Of a stretch of DNA of 64,000 bases, positions 35,825 through 46,373 are shown piece after piece. How positions within the stretch are numbered: the stretch's first letter is position 1; each line of letters starts with the position of its first letter. Made by a program: the position numbers and the translations under genes. The notes beneath the pieces were generated by a model. It made no database searches. It saw only the letters and a program-made list of their open reading frames with translations, and was not told the DNA's origin. The DNA is taken from positions 55,789 through 119,788 of the forward strand of contig PKTP01000010.1 in NCBI GenBank assembly GCA_002869105.1, given 5' to 3'. The DNA comes from Alphaproteobacteria bacterium. Its GTDB lineage: Bacteria; Pseudomonadota; Alphaproteobacteria; UBA7879.

Positions 35825-37263
35825 CAGTTGTCAGCATTTTCTTTAATTTTCTCATAAGCTGACAGTGCGCGATCGCGCGTCGCTTTCAAATCAACCATGG
35901 GTTTAGGGTAGTCTTTCCCCAGAACAACCTTATAATTTTCTTGAATATCACTTTCCTTTTCCCAGGGCGCGTGAATCACAGCGTCATCAATGCCTTTCAA
36001 CTCCTGCACCCATGAGCGGATGTAAGCACCCTCTGGATCAAATTTTTTACTTTGCAAGACAGGATTAAAGACCCGAAAATAAGGAGCTGCATCGGCGCCT
36101 GATCCAGCAATCCATTGCCAACTTGCGGTGTTACTAGCGGGATCTGCATCATAGAGATGTTCCCAAAAATAGGCCTCCCCCTCTTGCCATGGAATCAGGA
36201 GATTCTTCGTTAAAAAAGACCCAACCACCATTCGAATCCGGTTATGCATATAGCCTGATTGGTTAAGTTGACGCATGCCGGCATCCACCAATGGGTAACC
36301 TGTTTTACCTTGCTGCCAGCGTTTCAAATCTTCTTGATAGTCTTCCTTTTGACGCCAAGGGAAAGCATTGAATTTAGACTGATAGTTTACTTTGCCAAGT
36401 TCAGGAAAATGATAAAGTAAATTATAAGAAAATTCACGCCAACCAACTTCGGATAAAAACTTATGCATGGCTTTGCCACTGGCTTTGTTGCGCACATAAT
36501 GCCAGATCTGTCTGGGTGAAATGTTGCCAAATCGTAGGTATGCTGAAAGCTCTGATGTTGATTTTTCAGCTGGCATATCGCGTCCTGTGGCATAATTTTC
36601 AAGACGATCCTCAACAAACATTTCAAGCTTCTCCCAGGCTGCTTTTTCATCAGGATCGCCCACGCGATCAGACGTTGGACATTTCACATCAACCTTGATA
36701 GAAATCTCTTCCAGTGAATGTTTGGCAAATTCAACTTTGTCAGGCGCAGGCAAATCAGGGCCGATTCGATCTTCATGCTCAAGGCAGTTTTTCCAAAAAG
36801 GGGTAAAGACCTTAAAAAAGTCGCCTTGTTTGGTTTGAACCGTCCACGGCTCAAACAACAGAGAGCCATTATAAGAATGAGCATCAACCTCCAACTCTTT
36901 CAGAGACTGCTTCAACCGTTGATCTCTCTCAATGGCTGGCTTTTCATAGAGCCGATTCCAATGAATGCCCAAAACATTATACTCTTTGGCTATTTGGGGG
37001 ATCCATTTTTCAGGCTCTCCCTTAAGATACACCAGTCCACCCCCTTGCTTTTTCAGGTCTTGATGAAGCTTGAGTAAACTTTGGTGCCGCCACCATGTGC
37101 TGTTACTGCCATCGGGCCGGGGCCAACTGTCGATATACACAGCTAAAACGGGGCCAAGATTGGCAGCCTGATAGAAAGCAGGGTTGTCCTTTAATCTTAA
37201 ATCGTTGCGGAACCAAACTAATTGTGTCGACATACTTGAATCGTTTTTATGGTCATAGTACAC
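35824..37263 (-). CDS. phrB: Deoxyribodipyrimidine photolyase (class I CPD photolyase)
   Basis: 479-aa ORF with the N-terminal LVWFRNDLRLKDNPAF and the FAD-binding domain (TGYPLVDAGMRQL, WQWIAGSGADAAPYFR). Confidence 0.85.
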   Translation of the reverse strand: MYYDHKNDSSMSTQLVWFRNDLRLKDNPAFYQAANLGPVLAVYIDSWPRPDGSNSTWWRHQSLLKLHQDLKKQGGGLVYLKGEPEKWIPQIAKEYNVLGIHWNRLYEKPAIERDQRLKQSLKELEVDAHSYNGSLLFEPWTVQTKQGDFFKVFTPFWKNCLEHEDRIGPDLPAPDKVEFAKHSLEEISIKVDVKCPTSDRVGDPDEKAAWEKLEMFVEDRLENYATGRDMPAEKSTSELSAYLRFGNISPRQIWHYVRNKASGKAMHKFLSEVGWREFSYNLLYHFPELGKVNYQSKFNAFPWRQKEDYQEDLKRWQQGKTGYPLVDAGMRQLNQSGYMHNRIRMVVGSFLTKNLLIPWQEGEAYFWEHLYDADPASNTASWQWIAGSGADAAPYFRVFNPVLQSKKFDPEGAYIRSWVQELKGIDDAVIHAPWEKESDIQENYKVVLGKDYPKPMVDLKATRDRALSAYEKIKENADN

Positions 37264-37339
37264 CTTAAATGAATAAATTTTAATGGGTTTTTTTGAGCCA
37301 CATTCATCGCAAGTTAATCTTTAAAAAGGCACCCCTCTA

Positions 37340-40057
37340 ATGGCAGACACCCCCAAGAACCTCTTTCTGATTGACGGCTCGGGCTTTATTTTTCGGGCTT
37401 ATTATGCCTTACCTCCCTTAACCAGGCCTGATGGCACACCTATTTCCGCCGTCTTAGGTTTTACCAACATGATTTTAAACTTAAGGGAAAATTTAAAAGC
37501 CCATCACATAGCGGTGGTCTTTGACAGTAAACGCCGGAATTTCCGCCATGCCATTTATCCTGACTATAAAGCCAATAGAAGTGAAGCCCCCGAAGATCTT
37601 GTGCCCCAATTCCCCCTAATGCGAGAGGCCTGTGACGCTTTTCAAATCCCAACGCTAGAGCTAGAAGGCTACGAAGCAGATGATCTCATCGCAGCCTATA
37701 CCCACAAAGCCAGACAACAAGGCTATCATGTCACCATCGTGTCCTCTGACAAAGACCTCATGCAATTGGTTTCAGAGAATGTCACCATGTATGATCACAT
37801 GAAAAGCACCTACATCCATCCAAAACAAGTGTTTGAAAAATTCAATGTCCCACCTGAAAAAGTTCGAGACGTTCTAGCGCTGGCTGGGGATAGTTCTGAT
37901 AATGTGCCTGGTGTGCCAGGCATTGGCCCCAAAACCGCTGCAACGCTTATCAATGATTTTGGAAGTTTTGATGCTTTATTTGAAAACTTAGATCAAATCA
38001 AACAACCCAAACGGCGAGAAACGCTAAGGAATAATTTTGCTCAAGCCAAGCTATCGCGTGAATTGGTTTCACTCTGTGGAGATATTCCAAGTTTAAGGGA
38101 GATTGATAATCTTGTTCAAGGTCCAATGGATGAAGAAAAATTGGCCGAGTTTTTAGACATGCAAGGATTTAAATCAATTAAAGCGCGCCTCCAAGTCAAC
38201 AGAAAATCGGAGGCACTCCCCACTCCTGCCAAGCCTAAAGTTAAAGCAAATTACAGCGGGATTACAACTGAAGAGGCCTTGCGCTCTTGGGCTGCTAAGG
38301 TCAAGAAAATGGGCTATGTTGCTTTTGATACAGAAACCACAGGTCTTGATGTGCACCATGACAAAATTGTTGGTTTATCGCTGGCCATTTCTGAGGGTGA
38401 AGCATGCTATATTCCCCTCGCTCATCAAACAGAGAGCACCCTTTTAAACCAACAGACAAATCAGCAACTCAGCATCCAAACAGTTGTAGAGATATTAAAA
38501 CCCCTTTTCGAAGATCCCACTATTCTTAAGATTGCGCATAACGCCAAATTTGATGCCCATGTTCTAGGGTATATCGGCATTCATGTTAACCCTGTTGACG
38601 ATACCCTCATCATGGCAGCGCTCTTGGAATCTGGAGGAAAAAGTCTTGATGAGCTGATCAGCAAGTATTTTGATCACCCCATGATCGGCTTCAAAGATTT
38701 GGTCGGAAAAGGGTTGGCCGAAAGCTTTGCCAAAGTTCCCATCGACCAGGCCATTACCTATGCTGCTGAAGATGCTGATTATACCCTAAGGCTATGGAAG
38801 CTATATCAAACGCAGCTCTTTTCACATCATCTCTATACGCCTTATTATACTGTTGATCGTCCTATGATCTCGGTTCTTCTTCAAATGGAACGCCGCGGGA
38901 TTACCATTGATCAAGCATTACTTACCAAACTCGGGCAAAAATTTGATCATGAAATGATCGGACTCGAGCAAAAAGTTTATGCTCAAACGGCCGCGCCCTT
39001 CAACATCGGCTCCCCCAAACAACTTGGCATTGTCTTATTCGAAGAGCTTGGTTTACCTGGAGGCAAGAAAGGAAAATCAGGCGCCTATGCAACCGGCGCT
39101 GATGCGCTCGAAAAACTCTCCTATGACGGCCATCAAATTGCCAAAGACGTTCTGGAGTGGCGGCAATTTTCCAAATTGAAATCAACTTATGTTGAAGGAC
39201 TGTTGCGTGAGTGCAACCCCCAAACAGGGCGTGTTCATACCAATTACACCCTCTCCTTAACTTCGACAGGTCGGCTTTCTTCGACAAATCCAAACCTTCA
39301 GAATATTCCCATTCGCACAGAGATAGGCCGACAAATTCGGCAAGCGTTTATTCCAGCTTCTGGCTACACGCTGGTGGCTTTGGATTATTCACAAATCGAA
39401 CTCAGACTCCTCGCCCATATGGCCCACATTGAGGTTTTGCAAAATGCTTTCAGAGCCAATCAAGATATTCATTGCCTGACAGCAAGTCAGGTTTTTGATG
39501 TGCCCTATGCAGAGATATCGAAAGAGCAACGGCGTCAAGCAAAGGCCATTAACTTTGGTATCATCTATGGAATTAGTGGCTATGGTCTAGCCCGTCAACT
39601 GAACATTGGTATGTCTGAAGCCAATGAATACATCAAGCGGTACAAAGAGCAATATCCCGGTATCACCCTGTATATGGAACACACCATTGAACAAGCCCGC
39701 CATCATGGATATGTCAAAACGCTGTTTGATCGACCTTGTTACGTTCCTAATATTACGTCTAAAAATCCGATGATGAAGAACTATGCGGAACGACAAGCCA
39801 TCAATGCCCCTCTCCAAGGATCCAATGCAGATATCATCAAGCGGGCCATGGCTAAAATACCCCACATGATAGAGCAGTATCATTTTGATGCGCATATGCT
39901 TTTACAGGTGCACGATGAACTCATTTTTGAAGTACGCCCTGATCAGGTTGAAGATTTCATCCAAAAAACAAAAAAACTGATGGAGCAACAAGCCAGCCTC
40001 TCTGTGCCATTGGTTGTAGATGCCGGCACGGGTCAAAATTGGGCTGAAGCTCATTGA
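37340..40057 (+). CDS. polA: DNA polymerase I
   Basis: 905-aa ORF with the 5'-3' exonuclease (LIDGSGFIFRAYYA), a 3'-5' exo-like domain, and the polymerase motifs DYSQIELR and QVHDEL. Confidence 0.95.
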   Translation: MADTPKNLFLIDGSGFIFRAYYALPPLTRPDGTPISAVLGFTNMILNLRENLKAHHIAVVFDSKRRNFRHAIYPDYKANRSEAPEDLVPQFPLMREACDAFQIPTLELEGYEADDLIAAYTHKARQQGYHVTIVSSDKDLMQLVSENVTMYDHMKSTYIHPKQVFEKFNVPPEKVRDVLALAGDSSDNVPGVPGIGPKTAATLINDFGSFDALFENLDQIKQPKRRETLRNNFAQAKLSRELVSLCGDIPSLREIDNLVQGPMDEEKLAEFLDMQGFKSIKARLQVNRKSEALPTPAKPKVKANYSGITTEEALRSWAAKVKKMGYVAFDTETTGLDVHHDKIVGLSLAISEGEACYIPLAHQTESTLLNQQTNQQLSIQTVVEILKPLFEDPTILKIAHNAKFDAHVLGYIGIHVNPVDDTLIMAALLESGGKSLDELISKYFDHPMIGFKDLVGKGLAESFAKVPIDQAITYAAEDADYTLRLWKLYQTQLFSHHLYTPYYTVDRPMISVLLQMERRGITIDQALLTKLGQKFDHEMIGLEQKVYAQTAAPFNIGSPKQLGIVLFEELGLPGGKKGKSGAYATGADALEKLSYDGHQIAKDVLEWRQFSKLKSTYVEGLLRECNPQTGRVHTNYTLSLTSTGRLSSTNPNLQNIPIRTEIGRQIRQAFIPASGYTLVALDYSQIELRLLAHMAHIEVLQNAFRANQDIHCLTASQVFDVPYAEISKEQRRQAKAINFGIIYGISGYGLARQLNIGMSEANEYIKRYKEQYPGITLYMEHTIEQARHHGYVKTLFDRPCYVPNITSKNPMMKNYAERQAINAPLQGSNADIIKRAMAKIPHMIEQYHFDAHMLLQVHDELIFEVRPDQVEDFIQKTKKLMEQQASLSVPLVVDAGTGQNWAEAH

Positions 40058-40145
40058 GTGGTTGAAACAGGAAAGGATAAAGTCAGTCTTGACGTGCAAG
40101 CAATAACTTGCCAATATAATGTGTTAATAATTAGGACTTCAAACC

Positions 40146-40907
40146 ATGTCTGATCCCATCTGGAACGAATCTTCATACGAAGCACGCAGCACAAAAGAAT
40201 CCATCTTAACGTCCAAGTGGTTCACCATCGCATTGGCAGTTCTAGCAGGCGTTATCGGGCTGGTCATTTTATATTATCTTTTTTATCCAAGCGCTCAAAA
40301 AAACAACAAGCACTATGTGATTGGGCGTGAAGAACTTCCTTTAAAACAAAAACCAGCAAATCCAGGCGGCGTACAATTCCCACATCAAGACAAAGTCGTT
40401 TATGAAAATTTGTTGGGCAAAAATAGAGCCGTGGTTGAACCGGAAGAAGAAGTGGTTTTAAGCAACGATCCAGAAAAACCCATGGAAATCATTCAAAGAA
40501 CTGCGCCTGTAAATACCGAGGAAAGAACCAAGCAGCCGCTTACCGTTGAAGAAATCACGCCTGTCATCGAAAAAGTTGTTGTTGAAGAACCGGTTATTGT
40601 TGCAACACCCCCATCAAATCCCGTTATGAAACCAGCGCCTAAACAGGCTAACAAACGTGAAAAAGTTTATCGGGTGCAGTTGGCGTCTTTTCCCAATAAA
40701 AAACGTGCTGAGATGGCTTGGAATTCTCTAAAACGCAAACACAAAAAGTTAGTTTCTAGCGAAAAAATGATGATTGATAGCAAAACAATCCCTGGCAAAG
40801 GCACCTTCTACCGTGTTCAAGTGGGTGCTTTCCCCACCCATGATCAAGCAGCTACCTTCTGCAATAAAATCAAAGCAGACAAAGGCCAGTGCTTCGTTGC
40901 TAAGTAA
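40146..40907 (+). CDS. SPOR-domain cell-division/peptidoglycan-binding protein (single N-terminal TM helix)
   Basis: TM anchor WFTIALAVLAGVIGLVILYYLF, a Pro/Val-rich linker, and a C-terminal SPOR domain (YRVQLASFPNKKRAEMAW...FYRVQVGAFPTHDQAATFCNKI). Confidence 0.65.
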   Translation: MSDPIWNESSYEARSTKESILTSKWFTIALAVLAGVIGLVILYYLFYPSAQKNNKHYVIGREELPLKQKPANPGGVQFPHQDKVVYENLLGKNRAVVEPEEEVVLSNDPEKPMEIIQRTAPVNTEERTKQPLTVEEITPVIEKVVVEEPVIVATPPSNPVMKPAPKQANKREKVYRVQLASFPNKKRAEMAWNSLKRKHKKLVSSEKMMIDSKTIPGKGTFYRVQVGAFPTHDQAATFCNKIKADKGQCFVAK

Positions 40908-40962
40908 AACTCTTTCCTTCGTCTAAGCCTAAATACTTGGTTAGATAATGTTCTGTAGACTG

Positions 40963-41553
40963 TTATGCTGCAATAGCGACAGCGTTGTTCTTTTGGTAAA
41001 GCGCATATTCATTGCTTAAGCGCCTGACTTTCACCGCAAGTTTTTTTTGCGGCAACTCTAAAATAGCATCTAATGAACGTGTTCGGCTATGGTCTGATTG
41101 ATAACGCTGGGTCCATGTTTCTCCAAAACCTAATTCAACAGAGTTATTCATTCTTTGATTGAATCTCATAGACGCATCACCCAGCAGTGGGCACAGATAA
41201 AAATGAAAATCACGCACCCATGCTTGCAAATGTGATGTCTTCATTTCTAATAATCCATCAAGGCGCTTGCCTTGATCCTGTATAGACTGTTTCCTTAGAC
41301 GCCTCTCCCAGGCAACATCAACCGGCTGAAGCGGGTGAACAAAAATATCAGGAAGGGCGTTGTTGTTTACAACATTTGGTTGAGTAAGAACGGCTGGCTC
41401 TTCAATGCCCGCTGGAACTTGGTTTACAAAACCTTGAACGGGCAGATCATCATGCCCAAAATCATCAGAACTTTGAGATAAAACATTTTGAGCGTAAACC
41501 AAAAACATCCATACAAAAATATGGCGCGCAACAAAGGAGAGAAGAGTTTTCAT
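40963..41553 (-). CDS. Hypothetical secreted protein
   Basis: 196-aa ORF with an N-terminal signal-like segment (HIFVWMFLVYAQNVLSQ). No recognisable domain. Confidence 0.4.
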   Translation of the reverse strand: MKTLLSFVARHIFVWMFLVYAQNVLSQSSDDFGHDDLPVQGFVNQVPAGIEEPAVLTQPNVVNNNALPDIFVHPLQPVDVAWERRLRKQSIQDQGKRLDGLLEMKTSHLQAWVRDFHFYLCPLLGDASMRFNQRMNNSVELGFGETWTQRYQSDHSRTRSLDAILELPQKKLAVKVRRLSNEYALYQKNNAVAIAA

Positions 41554-41705
41554 TTTTTCCTCTTTTAAATTTAAGATGGGGATTTAAATCCAAATCAATA
41601 CTCAAAATAGGAAGGAGAGAGTCAAAATTCAAGGGCAGAGAAATCGATCTTCCAATGCTACTTGTCGCATTAAAAACCAAAAATTTAGAAGGTGTTTTTA
41701 AATGG

Positions 41706-43133
41706 TCATCCCATGAGAAAAGGACTTGTGCCCAAGCCCAGCAGTTGCCACCAGAGGCTTCCAACTCCCCACCAAACAACAATGTAAAACAATCCAAGGA
41801 CAAACCCAATTTTCCACCAGGTTTTGACCGTCAAGTAATTCCCTCCAAAATATACAGGGGCAGATCCTGTCCCGTAATGGGTAATACATGACGACAAGCA
41901 ACTAAACGCAGCCAACGTCATAGCCGCTTGAAACCCATCAATCCCTTTGTTGATCAAAACAGCTAAGAATACGCCAAACATGGTGCTGATTAAAGCCGTT
42001 GTACTGGCAAAGAAATAATGCGTGTAAAAATAAACAGCCGAAATAATCACAAACGCCATCACAGGACTTTGGGTGGCAACAAGATCAGCCACGCCTGCCC
42101 CAAACCAATCGATGATGCCAGACTTGCTGATTTCATGGGCATACATAATCAAGGCCCCAAACCAAACAAACGTATTCCAAGCTGACTTCTCTTTAATCAT
42201 ATCATCCCAGCTAATAACCTTAGCCATCACCAGCAGAACAATCCCAATCATCGCTGCAAGGGTGGCATGAATGCCGTATGAGGCGCCACCCGCCCACATC
42301 AATAACAATCCAGCAAAAATAAAGGAGAGAATCTTCTGTTTTTGATCCATGGGGCCCATGTGCCCTAATTCCTTTTTGGCCATTTGCCGAGCATCAACCG
42401 ATTCAAGTTTTTCCGGTTTCAAGAAGGGATAAATGATCACCGGAATCAAGGCCAAACAGATCAAACCAGGCAAGCTTCCGGCCAAGGCCCATTTACCCCA
42501 GGAAAGCTCTATCCCTTGCTGGGCTGCAAAATCAGCCGCAAACGGGTTACCCGCAATCGCTGTTAAGAACATGGTACTGGTGATGATATTTGCTTGAAAT
42601 GCGCTTTTGATTAAAAAGGGCCCCAGCGCTCCTTTTTTATCAGGGGTAACGCGGTTGCCGTCAAAAGCATTAATCAAAGACCTAATAATGGGGTAGATAA
42701 TACCACCCCCTCTCGCTGTATTACTGGGTATAGCAGGCGCCAAGATTAAATCCGTTAAAACAAAACTATACGCAAGTCCCAACGGGCTCCGCCCAAACCG
42801 CGCCAAAATATGATACGAAATCCGCTGTCCCAAACCCGTAAGAGTCAAAGCCTGGGCAATAAAAAACGCAAACAAGATCAGCCAAACAATCGGTTTACCA
42901 TAAGCAGATAAGGCATCCTGGATAGTCAGAACACCCGTCAAACAGGCCGAGGAAATTGACAGCGTAATCAATGCACCAAGGGGAAGCGGTTTAAAGATAA
43001 TGGCAACAATCGTTGCGATAAATATAATAAAAAGGTGCCAGGCATGCTCTGTCAAACCAGAGGGCACAGGTATATACCAAAAAACAACCGCTAAAAGAAC
43101 AATAATTCCAAGGTTAATATAGTCTCTCATCAA
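41706..43133 (-). CDS. DASS-family (SLC13-like) anion:sodium symporter, likely a di/tricarboxylate transporter
   Basis: 475-aa ORF with about 12-14 TM segments and the DASS N-terminal region GIIVLLAVVFWYIPVPSGLTEHAWHLFIIFIATIVAII, plus duplicated hairpin-loop motifs. Confidence 0.65.
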   Translation of the reverse strand: MMRDYINLGIIVLLAVVFWYIPVPSGLTEHAWHLFIIFIATIVAIIFKPLPLGALITLSISSACLTGVLTIQDALSAYGKPIVWLILFAFFIAQALTLTGLGQRISYHILARFGRSPLGLAYSFVLTDLILAPAIPSNTARGGGIIYPIIRSLINAFDGNRVTPDKKGALGPFLIKSAFQANIITSTMFLTAIAGNPFAADFAAQQGIELSWGKWALAGSLPGLICLALIPVIIYPFLKPEKLESVDARQMAKKELGHMGPMDQKQKILSFIFAGLLLMWAGGASYGIHATLAAMIGIVLLVMAKVISWDDMIKEKSAWNTFVWFGALIMYAHEISKSGIIDWFGAGVADLVATQSPVMAFVIISAVYFYTHYFFASTTALISTMFGVFLAVLINKGIDGFQAAMTLAAFSCLSSCITHYGTGSAPVYFGGNYLTVKTWWKIGFVLGLFYIVVWWGVGSLWWQLLGLGTSPFLMG

Positions 43134-43205
43134 AAATTTACCTCTATAATTTCAACATGAAATAAGCCGAGATTATGCGATTTTTAATAGTATTTGTAAA
43201 GCAAT

Positions 43206-43946
43206 CTAATAGTCAACCCGTTCAAAGTAAAGACCTTGGGCAGGTGCTGTGGGCCCAGCTGCACGCCTGTCTTTAGCATCGAGAATATCTTGAATGTAAG
43301 AAGGGCGCCATTTTCCGCGACCAATTTCAACCAACGTGCCGACCATGATACGTACTTGATGGTGCAAAAAAGAGCGCGCCGATACATAGACAAAAAGGCT
43401 CTCTTTTTGCCGGGTAATCATTATTTTGTTCAGAGTTTTGACAGGGGAAAGGCTCTGGCATTGACTATCGCGGAAACTACTAAAATCATGATGTCCCATC
43501 AAGCATACGGCAGCCGCTGTCATGGCGTCACAATCAAGCCCTTGATAGACCTGCCACGCTTGGGTGCGTTGCCATGTAAGCGGCGCACATCGATTGAGGA
43601 TGTGATAATAATAATGCCGCTCTCTGGCATCAAAGCGGGCATGAAATTGATCTAAGGTCGGCTCAATCGATACAACAGCGATACCAGTATTTTTCAAAAA
43701 GTGGTTTGTTGCTGACATTAACGTATCACAATTCCATTTCTCCCCCTCAACATCCACATGAGCCACCTGTCCCAGGGCATGAACGCCCGCATCTGTTCGC
43801 CCGGATCCAACTACTTCAACAGACCGGCCTAAAAATTGTTTAAAAGCCTCTTCGATGGTTTGTTGAATGGTTGGAGCATTCTCTTGCTTTTGCCACCCCG
43901 AATAGGATGTGCCGTCATATTCAAGGGTTAGTTTATAACGTGTCAT
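43206..43946 (-). CDS. truA: tRNA pseudouridine(38-40) synthase
   Basis: MTRYKLTLEYDGTSYSGWQKQ N-terminus, with the catalytic Asp in GRTDAGVHA. Confidence 0.9.
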   Translation of the reverse strand: MTRYKLTLEYDGTSYSGWQKQENAPTIQQTIEEAFKQFLGRSVEVVGSGRTDAGVHALGQVAHVDVEGEKWNCDTLMSATNHFLKNTGIAVVSIEPTLDQFHARFDARERHYYYHILNRCAPLTWQRTQAWQVYQGLDCDAMTAAAVCLMGHHDFSSFRDSQCQSLSPVKTLNKIMITRQKESLFVYVSARSFLHHQVRIMVGTLVEIGRGKWRPSYIQDILDAKDRRAAGPTAPAQGLYFERVDY

Positions 43947-44890
43947 TACTTGACCTGAGTGCCAGGGTGAATTTTGAAACCGCGCAAAAAGTCATCTCGA
44001 TTCATCGGCTTTCCCCCTGGCTTTTGCAGGATAACCGGTCGTATCATTCCTGCACCACAGGCAATATCAAAACTGTCAGAGAGAATCGTTCCTGGTTTTT
44101 GATGGGGCGCGCAAACATGGTCATCGATCACATGAGCTTGATAGAGTTTTAATTTCTGATCTTCATAGCGAAACCAAGCAACCGGATTTGGGTTCATCGC
44201 CCGCACTTGGCGTTCAATATCAACGGCCGATTGATGCCAATCTATTTTTGCCATTTCTTTGGTAATTTTCGGCGCATAACTCTGTCCCTGAGTGGATTGG
44301 GGTTTCGGCTCCAGTTGATTGGATAAAATTTTAGGTAAGACGTCTGCTAAAGCCTCAATACTCAAACGCTCCATTTCCCAATAAAGATCTGCGCTGGTTT
44401 CCTGCCCCGTAAGTTGAATCGGCATCATCTGATAAATGGGCCCCGTATCAAGACCTTCATCCATCTTCATAAAACAAACCGCTGTCTTTGTATCTCCGGC
44501 CCAAATCGTATGTTGAATAGGCGCTGCCCCACGCCAGCGCGGCAAATGAGATGTATGAATATTCATACAGCCCAAACGGGGGGCTTCTAAAATTTCTTTG
44601 GGTAACAGTAACCCATAAGCCACCACCACAGCCATATCAGCCGCAAGCTCCTTAAAGTGAAGTTGATCTGCTTTGGGCTTTAAAGAAATCGGCGTTTCAA
44701 CCGGCAAATCATACAGCTCGGCAAGACGATGGACGGGGCTTTTGGTCACTTTCTTTCCACGACCTTGGGGGCGTGGCGGCTGAGTATAGACGGATGCAAT
44801 GGTGTAGTTTTGAGAGTGAATAAGTGATTCTAAAATCCTGGCTGAAAACGCGGGGGTGCCCATAAAGATCAAGCGTGGTTTTTGCGTCAT
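43946..44890 (-). CDS. fmt: Methionyl-tRNA formyltransferase
   Basis: 314-aa ORF with LIFMGTPAFS and HTSHLPRWRGAAPIQ (formyltransferase active-site region). It follows def. Confidence 0.9.
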   Translation of the reverse strand: MTQKPRLIFMGTPAFSARILESLIHSQNYTIASVYTQPPRPQGRGKKVTKSPVHRLAELYDLPVETPISLKPKADQLHFKELAADMAVVVAYGLLLPKEILEAPRLGCMNIHTSHLPRWRGAAPIQHTIWAGDTKTAVCFMKMDEGLDTGPIYQMMPIQLTGQETSADLYWEMERLSIEALADVLPKILSNQLEPKPQSTQGQSYAPKITKEMAKIDWHQSAVDIERQVRAMNPNPVAWFRYEDQKLKLYQAHVIDDHVCAPHQKPGTILSDSFDIACGAGMIRPVILQKPGGKPMNRDDFLRGFKIHPGTQVK

Positions 44891-45420
44891 TCGGATTGAG
44901 ATTCTTTTTCCTGTTCACGCTGGTAACGGATGGATTTATTGAGCAACATCTTCCGTTTTAGGGGAGACAAATGATCAATATAAAGCTTACCGACAAGGTG
45001 GTCATACTCATGCAAAATGCACCGCGCCTGCCAGTGACAAAAGTCATTTTCATGCTCTTTAAAGTCCCGATCTAAATACTGAACACGGATCTTTTCTGGG
45101 CGGGTCACTTCAGCACTCACACCTGGAAGCGACAAACACCCCTCTGTTAAAGTAACCATTTCATCAGACATATACGTGATTTGGGGGTTAATAAAAACCT
45201 GAAGATGCTCCCCCTCACGTGTTTCTTTATCAGAAATATCCATAACAAAAAATGTTTTATGGATCCCAAACTGGGGGGCAGCAAGACCCGCGCCGTTTTC
45301 TCTGTACATAAGCTCAATAGCTCCATCAACCAAGCTAGATGTTTCCGGGCCGAAATCATCAACCAGGTCCGCTTTGATGCGTAATTTTGGATTTGGTACA
45401 GTTAACAACGTGTATGTCAT
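44887..45420 (-). CDS. def: Peptide deformylase
   Basis: 177-aa ORF with the PDF motifs GAGLAAPQ, EGCLSLPG and HEYDHL. Confidence 0.9.
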   Translation of the reverse strand: MTYTLLTVPNPKLRIKADLVDDFGPETSSLVDGAIELMYRENGAGLAAPQFGIHKTFFVMDISDKETREGEHLQVFINPQITYMSDEMVTLTEGCLSLPGVSAEVTRPEKIRVQYLDRDFKEHENDFCHWQARCILHEYDHLVGKLYIDHLSPLKRKMLLNKSIRYQREQEKESQSE

Positions 45421-45425
45421 ATCAT

Positions 45426-45758
45426 TTACCTTTCATTTACAATACATAAATGACTCTTACTTAAAATCAACCCTTTCATTTGAATTTTAAGAGACACTGC
45501 ATGGATGGGCCTTGGAATCAAATCATCTAAAATTTTATAAACCAGTCGCTGTCTATCTAAAAGCCTGAGTCCTTCAAACTCGCTTGCCCATAAGCTCAGC
45601 TTAAAATGAGATTCCTGATGTGAGACATCTTTCATTGCTTGATGACCGGCGTGCAAATGACTTTGGTTTTCAACGTCTAAGTAAACCAAATCAAGCGCCT
45701 GACTTAAGCGTGTTTTGATGATATCTTCGACTGGCTTTTTAAGATCTTGAGTCATCAT
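45426..45758 (-). CDS. BolA-family protein
   Basis: 110-aa ORF with the BolA core HLHAGH...HFKLSLWASEFEGLRLLDRQRLVYKIL...IHAVSL. Confidence 0.6.
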   Translation of the reverse strand: MMTQDLKKPVEDIIKTRLSQALDLVYLDVENQSHLHAGHQAMKDVSHQESHFKLSLWASEFEGLRLLDRQRLVYKILDDLIPRPIHAVSLKIQMKGLILSKSHLCIVNER

Positions 45759-46373
45759 TTTTTAATCCAACAGCGTGCTATCTTGAAAAGCGCATTCAGC
45801 CCGATTATAGTTCAGGTTATGGCTCCTAACAAAGATAAGTTTTTCACCTTAAATTATACCGCTTCTGCCGAAGAAGCCAATAAACTATTGTGCTCTCATC
45901 AAGGTTGCACTCAACCGGGTGAACATAGGGCGCCCAAAAGCCGAGAAACTTTACATGATTATCTCTACTTTTGTACTAAGCACATCGCCAATTATAATGC
46001 CAACTGGAATTATTACAAAGGTATGAGCCCTGAACAGGTCGCCCGCGAAAATGATATTGATCTTACATGGCGGCGCCCCCGGCATCTCTTTGGCACACGA
46101 TATAAAGATCAAAAAAAATACTGGCAAACCAATCCTTATGATCTTTTCAGTCAAGAATCAGCCAACACCCCGGTATCTGATATTCCTGAAACCGTTCATC
46201 AAGCCTTGAGAAGGTTTGAATTAAATTATCCCTTTACCTCAACAGAACTTAAAAAACGCTATCGACTTCTGGCTAAAAAATATCATCCGGATACCTCTTC
46301 AGATGCTCAGACCACCGATCAGTTCTTCAAAGTTCTCAAAGACTATCAGCTATTACGAGGGTATGCTCTGTAA
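45747..46373 (+). CDS. J-domain protein (C-terminal DnaJ domain with HPD; Cys-rich N-terminal region)
   Basis: The C-terminus TELKKRYRLLAKKYHPDTSSDAQTTDQFFKVLKDYQLL is a J-domain. The N-terminus has CSHQGC...C..H. The real start is probably the internal Met (about 45819), since the ORF-track start overlaps bolA. Confidence 0.55.
   Translation: MSHHFLIQQRAILKSAFSPIIVQVMAPNKDKFFTLNYTASAEEANKLLCSHQGCTQPGEHRAPKSRETLHDYLYFCTKHIANYNANWNYYKGMSPEQVARENDIDLTWRRPRHLFGTRYKDQKKYWQTNPYDLFSQESANTPVSDIPETVHQALRRFELNYPFTSTELKKRYRLLAKKYHPDTSSDAQTTDQFFKVLKDYQLLRGYAL

Noticed and set aside
40089-40120. TTGACG ... TATAAT pair downstream of polA as a promoter for the SPOR gene
   Set aside because: The spacer is 20 nt, and alternative -10 placements are poor. 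The GCAAG-CAATAA-CTTGC hairpin there lacks a T-run, so I call neither a confident promoter nor a terminator.
41465-41901. Three overlapping small ORFs spanning the gap between the 40963..41553 gene and the DASS transporter
   Set aside because: They are mutually overlapping on both strands, have no signal of conservation, and their products are low-complexity. The 150-nt gap more likely holds the convergent 3' UTRs and terminators.
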